Origin: an uncultured Planctomycetaceae bacterium
Lineage (GTDB): Bacteria > Planctomycetota > Planctomycetia > Isosphaerales > Isosphaeraceae
Reading direction: 5' to 3'
DNA length: 64,000 nt
Assembly (NCBI GenBank): GCA_963833985.1
Contig: CAWIAD010000002.1
Span: 6,560,001-6,624,000 of the forward strand
This document shows positions 20,304 to 30,547 of the stretch, in pieces; the first letter of the stretch is position 1; every line of letters starts with the position of its first letter. Under the pieces are notes generated by a model. That model was given only the letters and a program-made list of their open reading frames with translations. It was not told the DNA's origin and did not search any database. Made by a program: the position numbers and the translations under genes.

Positions 20304-20336
20304 CCCAATGCGACGTGTCGGGCCGGAGACTGCACA
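20304..20336 (-). promoter_or_regulatory. Candidate ECF-type promoter upstream of the kinase
   Basis: Minus strand TGTGCA-N15-CGTCGCATTGGG; overlaps a 7-bp-stem hairpin at 20290-20306. Confidence 0.45.
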
Positions 20337-20354
20337 AAAAATCCCAAAGCCTGG

Positions 20355-20927
20355 TCAGGCCCCGTCGGGAGGTCCGCCTTCCAGGCAGCGAAACAGCCAG
20401 GCCCGAGCGTAGGACCAGATCGTGTACGCCTTGCGCGGCGACACGCCGAGCACGGTCGCGGCCTGCTCGATGGTCAGGCCCGCAAAATAGTGCAGCTTGA
20501 CCAGCTCGGCGGCCTGGGCATCGGCGGCCGCGAGCTTGGTGAGCGCTTCGTGTACCGCAAGGATGTCGTCGAGCGGGGTAACGGCCGCCGGACCCTCGCT
20601 GTCCAGTTCCACCCGCCGGAGCTCGCCCCCGTGCCTGATCCGGTTCTTGCGTCGGGCGTTCTCGACGAGGATCCGGCGCATCGCCTCGGCTGCGGCCGCG
20701 AAGAAATGGCCCCGGTTCTGCCAGCGCTGGTCGTCCGCGGGGCCGACCAGGCGCAAGTAGGCTTCGTGAACCAGGGCCGTGGCCTGGAGCGTCTGGCCGG
20801 GGTTCTCCCCGACCAGCTTCTGCGCCGCCAGCTTGCGCAGCTCGTCGTAGACCAGGGGCAGCAACTGCCCGGCAGCCGCGCGGTCGCCTTGTTCGATTGC
20901 GCTCAGGATGCGGCTTGTGTCATTCAT
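20355..20927 (-). CDS. ECF sigma factor, kinase-associated (ECF43/TIGR02999-like)
   Basis: TLQATALVHEAYLRL, HFFAAAAEAMRRILVE and WSYARAWL motifs; paralog of 15950..16507. Confidence 0.93.
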   Translation of the reverse strand: MNDTSRILSAIEQGDRAAAGQLLPLVYDELRKLAAQKLVGENPGQTLQATALVHEAYLRLVGPADDQRWQNRGHFFAAAAEAMRRILVENARRKNRIRHGGELRRVELDSEGPAAVTPLDDILAVHEALTKLAAADAQAAELVKLHYFAGLTIEQAATVLGVSPRKAYTIWSYARAWLFRCLEGGPPDGA

Positions 20928-21062
20928 ACCAGCGATTCTTGCGATTCAAGTGGTAATCAAGGATTCGTCCGTCCAGAACGCCCCACGATCAAGGCATGCC
21001 CGGGGCGGGTCGTTCCAGGGTCTTGCGATTGTTCCCGCGATCGCCGCTCGAAGCCGCCTAGT

Positions 21063-22700
21063 CTAGCTCTTTGAGGCAGCGCGCGGCACGTAACCTGCTC
21101 CCCGGACGATCTGGCCAGGCCGGGCGCCGGTATGTTTCCCGTCCCGGACGACGGCCTTGCCGTTGACGAAGACGTCGCGGACGCCGATCGAGAGCTGGTG
21201 GGGCTTCTCAAACGTGGCCCGGTCCGCGATCGTCACCGGGTCGAAGATCACGACGTCGGCGCGGAACCCCTCATGCAGCAGGCCGCGGTCGGGGATCGAA
21301 AGCCGCGCCGCGACGGCCGATGTCATCTTGCGGATCGCGTCCTCCAGGGGAATTACACGCTCCTCGCGTACGTAGCGGCCCAGGATGCGCGGAAATGTCC
21401 CGTACTCGCGCGGGTGGGCCGGGACTTCGGGATGCTCGGGATCCAGCCCGGAACCATCGGTGCCGAACTTGATCCAGGGCTGACGCAACTGGAGCTTCAA
21501 GTTGTCCTCGCTCATCATGAAATAGACCGTGCCGATGCTCTGGTGCTCCGTGAGGATCAGGTCCATCCCGGCGTCGAGCCAGTGCTTGCCCTCGGACCGC
21601 GCGATCTCGGAGAGCCGCTTGCCGTTGTACTTGCGGTTCTGAGGCTTCTCGAGCCCGACGACGAGAACGCCCTCGGGGCTAGCGAGCTGGCCCATGTTCT
21701 CCCATTCGGTCTTCTGGTCGAGAACCTCGGCCCGGATCTTCGCCCGCACGCCGGGGTCGGCGAGCCGATCGAAGAGCTTCCCGCCGGCCGAGGCCGAGGG
21801 GGGCAGGATGGCGGTCAGAGCCGTCGCGCCGGCGACGTAGGGATACATGTCCGCGCCGACGTCGAGGCCGCGGGCGCGGGCCGCCGCGATTTTCGCGATG
21901 GCGGCCTCGGCCTTGGGCCAGTTGCGCCGGCCGCCGGCCTTCAGGTGATAGATCTCCACCGGCACTCCCCCGAGCCGGCCGATCTCGATCGCCTCGTCGA
22001 GCGCCTCCAGGAAGCGATCCGCCTCGGAACGGATGTGCGAAATATAGATGCCCACGTACGGTGCCATGACCTTCGCCAGCTCGATCAAGTCGTTCTTGGC
22101 GACGAAATTATCGGGAGGGTAGATCAGGGCCGAGGCAATTCCGAAGGCGCCGTCTTCCATCGCCTCGCGCACGACCCGGCGCATCGTGTCGAGCTCCTGG
22201 GCCGAGGGGGCGCCCTGGTCCATCCCCTTGGCGTAGGCCCGGATGGTCGCGGATCCCACAAACGAGCCGAGGTTGAGGGACGATCCGTGGCTCTCCATCG
22301 CCCGGAGCCAATCGTCGAATCCATGCGGGCCGGTGAACTTGCCCGCGAGGCTGGCCATCTCGGGATCGATCTGCCGCCCCTCCGCGATCGTGCGATCGTT
22401 GGCCGGAGCGTTCGTCCAGCCCTCGCCCATGATCTCGGTCGTCACGCCCTGCGTCACCTTGCTGACCAGCCGGCCGTCGCCCACGAGTAGGGCAGCGCGG
22501 GATTGCCCCTGGATGTCGATGAAGCCCGGGCAGACGACCATGCCGCGGGCGTCAATCCGTTCCGCGGCCTTCGCCGTCGCGAGCAGGCCCGCCCCCGCGA
22601 CGCGCGCGATCCGTCCGCCCCGGAACGCCACATCGCCGTGGAACCAGGCGTTGCCTGTCCCATCGACGACGCGGCCGCCCAGGATCACGAGGTCATAGGG
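21063..22700 (-). CDS. N-acyl-D-amino-acid deacylase-like amidohydrolase (possibly the C-terminal domain of a fusion with the upstream serine hydrolase)
   Basis: (YDLV)ILGGRVVDGTG, PGFID, SHIRSE, DMYPY, HPREYGTFPRILG and ADVVIFDP motifs; no convincing independent start. Confidence 0.88.
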   Translation of the reverse strand, partial: PYDLVILGGRVVDGTGNAWFHGDVAFRGGRIARVAGAGLLATAKAAERIDARGMVVCPGFIDIQGQSRAALLVGDGRLVSKVTQGVTTEIMGEGWTNAPANDRTIAEGRQIDPEMASLAGKFTGPHGFDDWLRAMESHGSSLNLGSFVGSATIRAYAKGMDQGAPSAQELDTMRRVVREAMEDGAFGIASALIYPPDNFVAKNDLIELAKVMAPYVGIYISHIRSEADRFLEALDEAIEIGRLGGVPVEIYHLKAGGRRNWPKAEAAIAKIAAARARGLDVGADMYPYVAGATALTAILPPSASAGGKLFDRLADPGVRAKIRAEVLDQKTEWENMGQLASPEGVLVVGLEKPQNRKYNGKRLSEIARSEGKHWLDAGMDLILTEHQSIGTVYFMMSEDNLKLQLRQPWIKFGTDGSGLDPEHPEVPAHPREYGTFPRILGRYVREERVIPLEDAIRKMTSAVAARLSIPDRGLLHEGFRADVVIFDPVTIADRATFEKPHQLSIGVRDVFVNGKAVVRDGKHTGARPGQIVRGAGYVPRAASKS

Positions 22701-24307
22701 GACATCCTCGTGCGCGGGGACGGGGCGGCCGCCGTCGACCTCGCCCCGCCGACCCCGGACCCGGGCTGGCGCGAGAACGAGATGTCCGCGACGCCCGGCT
22801 GGAGCGGGAGGGTGAGCCGGTCGATCCGGCCGCGACGGTCGTAGAAGAATGAAACGAGCAGGTCCTTGCTGTCGCGCTGATTGGGGTCCCGCGCCGTGAA
22901 GATGTCGTAGTGATGGTGGGACATCGGACCGGAAAGCTGTTGCGACTCGAACGTCAGATCACCGTGATCCTGACGGATCGTGACCGGGCCGTATGCGGGA
23001 TGCTCGTAACGGCCGACGTAGTCGCTCAGCGGGTGCGAGGGGGACGTCCCCTCGTGGCGCTCAACATCCTTCGTCGACTTCTCTTTCGCGGCTTTCTCCG
23101 CCTTCTCGCGATCCCCCTTCATCCGGCCGGACCAGTCGATCGGCTCTTGCCCGAGCAGGCGGTCGTAGAGGCTCCGGCTGATAACCAGGTCGATTTCCCG
23201 GCTCTCCTGATTGGTCAGGATGATCAGGCCCAACCGCTCGCGCGGCAGGAATGACATCAGGGCGTGGAACCCGGCGATGGTCCCGGTGTGTTCGACGACC
23301 TTGCGACCGCGATGGGAACCGACGATAAAGCCCATCCCGTAAGTAAGCGGCATCTCCGCCCCGTAGACCTGTGCCATCACTCCAGGCAACTCCGCGGAGG
23401 GGATCACCATCTGGGGGCTCTGCATCCGAGTCGCGTTGGCCTCAGAGAGAATGCGCCGGCCCCCGTGGAGCCCGCGGTCCATGTGGAACTGGAGGTAAGG
23501 GACCATCTCCTCGACGCACGAATTGATGGAGCCCGCCGGGCCGACGCCCGTTAAGAATCGATAGAAAGGGACCGCGCGTACCTGTCCCTCGGTTTCCCGG
23601 TAGGGGCGTGCAAAGTCGTCGTCGTGCTGGGAATCCTCCACGGAGAAGTTCGTCCGCTTCATCGCGAGCGGCGCGAGGATCCGGTCGCGGGTGAAATCTT
23701 CCCAGCTCCGGCCGGCGACCCGTTCCGCCAGATGGCCCGCGGCCATGAACATCAAGTTGTTGTACTGCCAGACGCTCCGGAAGGGACGATTCGACTCGAG
23801 GTGGCGCAGGCGAGCGAAGAGTTCCGCGCGCGACCGCGATGAGCCGTACCAGACGCCGTCGTGACTGGGCAGCCCGGAGCGGTGCGTCACCAGGTCCATC
23901 GCAGTCGTCTGTTCGGTGGCGACCGGGTCGTTGAGCCGGAAGTCGGGGAGATAGGTGCGGATCGGCTCATCCCACTGGAGCTTCCCCTCGTCCACCAGCA
24001 TGCCCAGTCCGGTCACCGTGAACGACTTGGTGATCGAGCCGATGGCGAAGAGGGTCCGCGGCGTGACGGGGAGCTTCTTCTCCAGGTCCCGGAAACCGTA
24101 TCCCTTCATCTGGATGACCTTGCCGTCGCGAACCACGGCCATGGCGAGTCCCGGCACCTTCCAGTCCTTCATCGCCTGCTCGACGAAGGAGTCCCAGCCG
24201 TCGAAGGCGTGAGCGGGTGCATCGGCCGCGTGGCCAGGCGTCGCCAGCAAGAGGCTGAGGAATAGAAGACCACACTGCAACCACGCGGCTCGTCTCATCG
24301 GATTCAT
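22685..24307 (-). CDS. Secreted serine hydrolase (beta-lactamase/AmpC-like) with DUF3471-like C-terminal domain
   Basis: Signal peptide; SxxK (GSITKS), YxN (QYNN) and HTG motifs; C-terminal DYVGRYEHPAYG. Confidence 0.9.
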   Translation of the reverse strand: MNPMRRAAWLQCGLLFLSLLLATPGHAADAPAHAFDGWDSFVEQAMKDWKVPGLAMAVVRDGKVIQMKGYGFRDLEKKLPVTPRTLFAIGSITKSFTVTGLGMLVDEGKLQWDEPIRTYLPDFRLNDPVATEQTTAMDLVTHRSGLPSHDGVWYGSSRSRAELFARLRHLESNRPFRSVWQYNNLMFMAAGHLAERVAGRSWEDFTRDRILAPLAMKRTNFSVEDSQHDDDFARPYRETEGQVRAVPFYRFLTGVGPAGSINSCVEEMVPYLQFHMDRGLHGGRRILSEANATRMQSPQMVIPSAELPGVMAQVYGAEMPLTYGMGFIVGSHRGRKVVEHTGTIAGFHALMSFLPRERLGLIILTNQESREIDLVISRSLYDRLLGQEPIDWSGRMKGDREKAEKAAKEKSTKDVERHEGTSPSHPLSDYVGRYEHPAYGPVTIRQDHGDLTFESQQLSGPMSHHHYDIFTARDPNQRDSKDLLVSFFYDRRGRIDRLTLPLQPGVADISFSRQPGSGVGGARSTAAAPSPRTRMSPMTS

Positions 24308-24547
24308 CGGTGGAGGGACCCCGTCGTGACCCAGGTTCAAGCACATTGACACGCTGAATGGCAAATAATATCAGCGATGACGCGACGATCGTGCAATCCA
24401 TTGGAGCATTGGAACTACGCCGTCCTCTGCCAAGCTCGTGAGCTATCTTGAAACTGGTCATCCATGTGCCATAAGATACGGCCCGAAAAGGCGTGCCCTC
24501 GAACGAATCGGCCACGCCATCCGACCGATTCCATGAGGAGATTCTGC

Positions 24548-25928
24548 GTGACGAACACCGCCCCGTTCGCCCGATCGTCTTTCGTGCTGGCCGCGCTTTG
24601 CCTGGCCCCTGTGGCGAACGCCGAGGACCTGACCAAGAATTCCAGCAGTACATGGACGCCGCCGTCAAGGTCGACGGGTTCAGCGGCTCCGTCCTCGTCT
24701 CTCGGGGCGGCGAGACGCTGTTCGCACACGGGTACGGCCTGGCCAACATCGAGCACCAGGTCCCCAACACCCCCCGAACGAGATTCCGCATCGGGTCGAT
24801 CACCAAGCAGTTCACCGCGATGGCCATCATGATCCTGGCCGAGCAGGGCAAGCTCGGGCTCGACGACCCGATCGGCAAGTACGTCGACGACGCCCCGAGA
24901 ACCTGGGAGAAGGTCACGATCCACCATCTGCTGACCCACACCTCGGGGATCTTCAACATGACGTCTGATCCCGACTTCGGGAAGTTGATGTCCCGGCCCG
25001 AGACCTTGCGGAGCCTGATCGCCCGGTTCAGGGACAAGCCGGTCGACTTCGCGCCGGGCGAGTAATTCGCGTACTGCAACTCGGGCTACATCCTGCTCGG
25101 CGCCGTCATCGAAAAAGCCTCGGGGATGAGCTACGAAGCCTTCCTGAACAAGTCGATCTTCGGGCCTCTAGGTTTGAAGGACACGGGGTATGACCATTCG
25201 GAGACCATCATTCCGAACCGGGCCGCGGGCCACGAGCGTGCCGGTGATCGACTCAAGAACGCGGACTACATCCACATGTCCCAACCCTTTTCCGCCGGGG
25301 CTCTGTATTCGACGGTGGAGGATTTGGCCCGGTGGGACCATGCGCTCCACGACGGGAAGCTGATCTCGAAGGCGTCGTACGCCCGAATGTTCACGCCGGA
25401 GAAAGACGGTTACGCCTACGGCTGGATGGTCGGGACCCTGTCGGGCGCAAGGAGATCGAACACGGGGGCAGCATCAACGGGTTCAAGTCGCAGATCGTCC
25501 GTTATCCTGACCAGGAGGTCTGCGTCGTCGTGCTCTGCAACGTGTACCCCTGCGGCACGTTGAAGGTCGCCCACGACCTGGCCGCCATCGCGTTCGGGGA
25601 AGCGTACAAGCTTCCGGAGGAGCGGGCGGTGGCCGCGGTCGACCCGAAGGTGCTCGACTCTTACTTGGGTCACTACGAAACGAGCGGCTTCGGCGTGATG
25701 ACCATCACCCGTGACGGAAACCATCTCCTGGTACAGTCAGGGCCCCTAATGCCCCGAATGACGGCACTGCCCGCGTCGGAGAGTGAGTTCTTCGTGAAGT
25801 TCAGCGACGTCAGCATCACCTTCGTCAAGGACGCGGAGGGAAAGGGCACCCACATGGTGCTGCGGCAGGGGAAACTCGAGATCAAGGCGAAGCGGCTTGA
25901 GGAGGGGGGAGAAGAGCCCCACAAGTAG
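24548..25928 (+). pseudogene. Serine hydrolase (beta-lactamase family) plus DUF3471-like domain, disrupted
   Basis: GAGGAG then GTG start and signal peptide; GSITKQF; in-frame TAA at 25063-25065 (PGE*FAYCNSGY); frameshifts near 24633 and 25444. Confidence 0.85.
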
Positions 25929-25935
25929 CACCATG

Positions 25936-25955
25936 TCGGCGGTTCGGACCGCCGA
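25936..25955 (+). terminator. Stem-loop after the serine hydrolase
   Basis: TCGGCGGT-TCGG-ACCGCCGA, 8-bp stem; no immediate U-tract. Confidence 0.3.
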
Positions 25956-26003
25956 GCCCGGTCGGCAGGCCTTCTTTCGCGAAGAATCACTCCAGGGATC
26001 ACC

Positions 26004-26782
26004 ATGTTAAGCATTCAGCCCAGCGACAGCGACTTTCCGTCGCGGCACCGGTTCGACCAGGCCTTCTTTCTCATGATGGTACTCCTGGTCTGGGCTGCGG
26101 TCCTGTCCGGATTCCTCTACAAGAACGTCAACAAGTTCATGGAAGGCACGCTTACCTACCCGTGGGTCGTTCACTTGCACGGCATTCTCTATTCTCTATG
26201 GCTGATCTATTTCACGACGCAGGTGTTCTTGATTGGCCGTGGATCGGTCTCGCTCCACCGCAAGCTGGGCCCGTTCGGCGCGGCCCTCGCAGCGGTGATG
26301 GTGGTGAGTGGGATTCAGACGGGGATCGTGACCGAGAGGGTCGTATATGCCAGATATGGAGCCACGATTCTGGCTGGCATCTTCGCGGACATGGTGTGCT
26401 TCGGCAGCCTCGTGGCGGCAGCCATTCTCCTGCGCGGGTCGCCGGCGGCCCACAAGCGGTTGATGCTCATGGCCACGCTCGGGCTGACCGACGCCGGGTT
26501 CGGCCGCTGGCTGAGCCCGGCGATCAATCGCTGGCTCGGCCTGCATGATTACTACATTCTCCCCACGTTCTCCGGGGCGCGTGGTCGTTCATTCGATTCC
26601 AGGTGCTGCCCGCGTACACACTGATCGCCGCAATCGGAGTCTACGACCTGCTCACACGGAGGCGGCTCCATCCGGTGTATGTCGCCGCGGTGGCCTGGTG
26701 CCTGCCCATCCAGTTGCTCAGCGGCTGGCTCTATTACCAGCCCTTCTGGAAGCAGGTCGCGGGGCGCATCCTGGGACACTGA
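26004..26782 (+). CDS. Integral membrane protein, about 7 TM (frameshift near 26575)
   Basis: Conserved-looking His motifs (VHLHG, LHRKLG, AHKRLML); the shifted frame reads YDLLTRRRLHPVYV...GRILGH*. Confidence 0.75.
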
Positions 26783-26799
26783 TCCGCCTCGCCGGCCGG

Positions 26800-28640
26800 T
26801 CACGGCGCGGTCGGGTTTTTCTCCAGGTGCGAGAGGTCCCAGACCCGCACCGTCCCGTCCCGGCTCCCCGACACCAGCCGCCGGCCGTCGGGCGTGAACG
26901 CGACACGTGTGACCAGCCCCGTGTGACCGCGGAAGTTGCGCACGAGGGCACCGGTCCGGCTATCCCAGACCTTCACGGTGCTGTCCTCGCCCGCCGAGGC
27001 GATCCAGCGGCCCTCGGGGTCGGGGCTGAACGACACCGAGCAGACCTCGCCGCTATGACCGGAGAGGGATTGGACCTCTCGGCCGCTCGTCACGTCCCAG
27101 ACCTTGACCGTGTGCGCCACCCCTCCCGCGACGAGTCGCTTGCCGTCGGGGCTGAACGCAATGTTCAGGAGCTCCCAGGTGGTGCGCGTGCGCAGGACGG
27201 CGAGCGGCTCCTGCGGCTCGGTCAGGCGGGCCGCGTCCCAGATCTTCACGGTGCCGTCGGCGCTCGCCGACGCCAGGCGCCGGCCGTCGCGACTGAACGC
27301 GAGGCGCCGGATCTGCCGGTCGTGCGCGCCGGGCGTGCCCTCCTCGCGCCCGGTCGCCGCATCCCAGACACGGATGACGCGATCCGATCCCCCGGAGACG
27401 AGGTAACGGCCGTCGGGGCTGAAGGCCACGGTGAAGGTCTCGCCCTCCCTCGGCAGGACGTAAGCGGTCTGTCCCGTTCGCGTGTCCCAGACCTTGACGG
27501 GGTGCGCCTTCCGCCCGTCACCCCCAGACGAGGACACGACCCGCTCGCCGTCGGGGTGCCAGGCCACGCTGAACATGACGCGCGGCTGTCCCGCGAATTC
27601 GCGGCTCAGGCGGCCGGTCGACAGGTCCCAGACGTAGATGGGCGCGTCCACCAGCCCCGGCCGAACCAGGCCGCCCGTGACGAGCCGACGGCCGTCGGGG
27701 CTGATCGCCAGGCCCCAGACCTCGCCCGACGGCTGCACGAGTTCGAGGACCTCCTGGGTCTCGTCCCCCCGAAGGCTCGCCGCATCCCAGAGCCGGATCG
27801 TCCCGTCGGCACTGCACGAGGCGAGGAGTCGGCCGTCGGGGCTGAACGCGACGCACAGGCTCATGGCCTCGTGACCGCGGAGCTTGAGCACTTCCCGCCC
27901 GATCGCCGCCTCCCACAGCGCGCACCGTCCGGTCCTCGCCGCACGAGGCGAGGCGGAGGCCGTCCGGGCTGTACGCCGCGCCCAGGATGATCCCGTCCTG
28001 ACCGCGCCAGGAGTCGAGCCGTCGGCCCGTCGTCGCGTCCCACACCATCAGGCGCCGGTCGGAACTGGCCGAGGTGAGGCGTGTGCCACCGGGGCTGAAC
28101 GTGAGCGAGCTGATGGGATGCTGATGTGCGACCAGGTCGTGGAGGCGTTTGCCGGTCTCCACGTCCCAGATCATCAGGCTGCCGTCCCAACCCCCCGAGG
28201 CGAGCCGCTGCCCGTCGGGGCTGAAGGCCACGCTGATCGAGCGGCTCTCGTGCCCGGGCAGGGTGTGGAGCAGCCGGCGCTCCTTCCAGTCCCAGAGCTT
28301 CACCGACCCATCCTTGCCCGACGCCAGCCGCTGCCCGTCGGGGCTGAAGGCCACGCTACACGCCGTGCCATAGGGATAGTGCATGCCAAGATAGCCCTCC
28401 TCCGCGAACACTTCGCGGCCATCCGAGATATCCCAGACCTTCAACTTGCCGTCCGCGCTCGTTGAGGCCAGGTGCGTCCCGACGGGGTGGAACGCCACCG
28501 AGTAGACGAAGTCGGCGCCCGTCGGGATGGTCCGCATGACCGCGTCCGTCGCGAGGTCCCAGACCTTCACCGTCCCGTCGCCGCACGACGACGCGAGGCG
28601 ACGCCCGTCGGGGCTGAAGCGGATGCTGGTGAACTCCGCC
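26800..28640 (-). pseudogene. WD40-repeat protein, 5'-truncated (probably the C-terminus of another kinase-WD40 gene)
   Basis: More than ten GH...AFSPDG..LAS...D.TVKVWD repeats; frameshift near 27920; the repeat frame begins abruptly near 28640, where integrase sequence starts on the other strand. Confidence 0.85.
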
Positions 28641-28918
28641 CGCGAGGGCAAGACGCCCGCCTTCCACGACCAGCAGGTCCGCGACCTCATCGATTCCGTC
28701 ATAGAGGGCGACGTCATCAGAGTCCGCGACAAGACACTGCTCATCATCCTGGCCTACACGGCGGCCCGGGCCGGCGCGGTGGCCCGGCTGCGAACGATGG
28801 ACTACGTCACGGACGGGCGGTCGTGGTTCTTCAACTTCGGCGAGAAGGGCGGCAAGCTCCATCAGGTCCCCTGCGGCACGACCTCCAGCTCCAGATCGTC
28901 GAACGGATCTCCCTGTAA
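28640..28918 (+). pseudogene. Tyrosine recombinase/integrase internal fragment
   Basis: EGKTPAF...RDKTLLIILAYTAARAGAVARL..MDY...EKGGKLHQVPC(RHDL); N- and C-terminal parts are missing. Confidence 0.75.
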
Positions 28919-28994
28919 CGACCGGACACCGACGGGGTCAGTTCACGCCATCCACCCCCCTGCCCGTCGACCGGCACCGTTGGGCTATGTGCCC

Positions 28995-29445
28995 TCACAC
29001 AGCGCCGATGACCAGCACTTCACGAGCCGCTTCGACGACCTCGCGTGTCACCGCCTCGAGCCCGTTGAGCAAGAGGACTCGCCCGACCTGAGTCAGCAAC
29101 CGATCGAGGAGCCGGAGATTCCCGCCCGTGATCCGCACGATCGCAGCGACCGCCTCCTCATCGGCGACCCGTTCCCCCGGCAACGCCACGCCCGAAGTCC
29201 AACCTTCACGCATCAAGCGAGTGGCGTCCGTCGCGCTCAGGGGCCGGTAGGCGTGGACGAACCCCACCCGCGAGTAGAGCTGCGGGTAGCGCGACAGTCG
29301 TCGCTCCAGCCCCGGCATGCCAATCAGGACCAGCCCGATGCCGTGCCGGTCCGAGATGTCCCGCAACTGCTCCAGGCCCGCCATTCTCAAGCGGTCGGCC
29401 TCATCCGCCAGCAGCAGGGCCGTCAGGTCGGCCGCCTCGCGGCAC
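28995..29445 (-). pseudogene. Transposon AAA+ ATPase (TniB/TnsC-like), C-terminal remnant
   Basis: Walker B LLLADEADRL and IGLVLIGMPGLERRLSRYPQLYSRVGF; Walker A is missing. Confidence 0.8.
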
Positions 29446-29499
29446 CGCCGGCCGTGTTCGAGGTGCAACTCCTTGATCCGGTCGATCGAGGCTTCACCG

Positions 29500-30376
29500 C
29501 AGGCGCGTAGCCCGGGAGTTCCGGGAGCAGCACCTGGGACACGTTCTCGAAAAAGCGCTCGATCTTCCCCCGACCCCGGAGCCGCCCGACCATCGAGTTC
29601 GTCAGGCGGATCTCGACGTCGGCGGCAACCTGCTCGAGATGTCGGGAAGTGAAATCACTGCCGTGGTCCGAGTAGTGCACGCCGGGGATTCCACAGACGT
29701 CCCAGCCCGGACGCCCTTTGCGCCAGATCGCGTGCCTGAGAGCCAGAGCCGTCTGGATCGCCGACGGGCTGCCGAAGAACAACGCATAGCCTGCCACGGC
29801 GCGACTGTAGTGGTCAAGGATTACGGTCAGCCAAGGCTTCTCGGGTCCCGGCTGTCCGTCTTTCAGCAGGATGTCGAGTTCCGTGTGATCGGCGTGCCAG
29901 ACGGCGTTGGGGCCGACCGCCTCGTGGCGGAGGAGCAGGTCGAAGGACTCGGCATAGACCTTCGTCCCCTGGTGGGCCAGGGCCCCAGGGCCGGGTCGAG
30001 GTCGCGGACCAGATGATAGACCGCTTGTATCCCGGCGGGGCCTCCCCGAGCTGCTCGGCGAGGGCAAGAGCCTGGCGATGGATGGACGCCGCAGATAGTC
30101 GGGGCTACTTCAGAGCCAGGCCCTCGATGGCCCGGCACAGCGTGTCCGAGAGCCGTCGCTTGCCCAGGTCGATTCGCACTTTGCGGACCAGCCCGGCAAG
30201 ACCGTCGAGGCGGTACTGCGCGACCCAGCGTCGGGCCGTGCGGAGGGCGAGGCCCGGTCGCGGGCCACGCGGGCCAGGGGGACTCCCTCTCCCAGCGAGG
30301 GGCGCACGAGTTCGAACCGCTCGAAGGATCGGGCACGCTCGTCCTCCGACAGGCCGCTGGGTGGGGGCTTCGCCAT
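29500..30376 (-). pseudogene. Mu/Tn552-like DDE transposase, degraded
   Basis: N-terminal HTH (RTARRWVAQYRLDGLAGL); rve core WHADHT, ILDHYSRAVAG, YSDHGSDF, GKIERFF; several frameshifts; C-terminus deleted. Confidence 0.82.
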
Positions 30377-30547
30377 GGCCTGGGAGACTCCTCTGGCAGT
30401 GCGGGGGCGGCGAGCCAAAGCGGCTACCGTGGGATGTGCCGTTCATCGGCCAAGGATGCCAGCGAGCTCCAAAGAAACCGTGCCGGAGAGTGGGCAACTT
30501 AACAGCGAGTCCGTGCGAATCCACGTTTTTGTCGAGGGCCAGTCGCG

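Noticed and set aside
4619..25065. Stop-codon reassignment or readthrough suggested by in-frame stops
   Set aside because: Three different stops replace three different expected residues, each one substitution away, and all three stop codons end normal genes in this window
26800..28640. Recurring CCGTCGGGGCTGAA 14-mers resembling a CRISPR or repeat array
   Set aside because: They encode the FSPDG of WD40 repeats, spacing is about one protein repeat, and no cas genes are present
28914..30504. TGT...ACA as exact transposon termini
   Set aside because: The sequences inside the two candidate ends do not form a convincing inverted repeat and no target duplication was found
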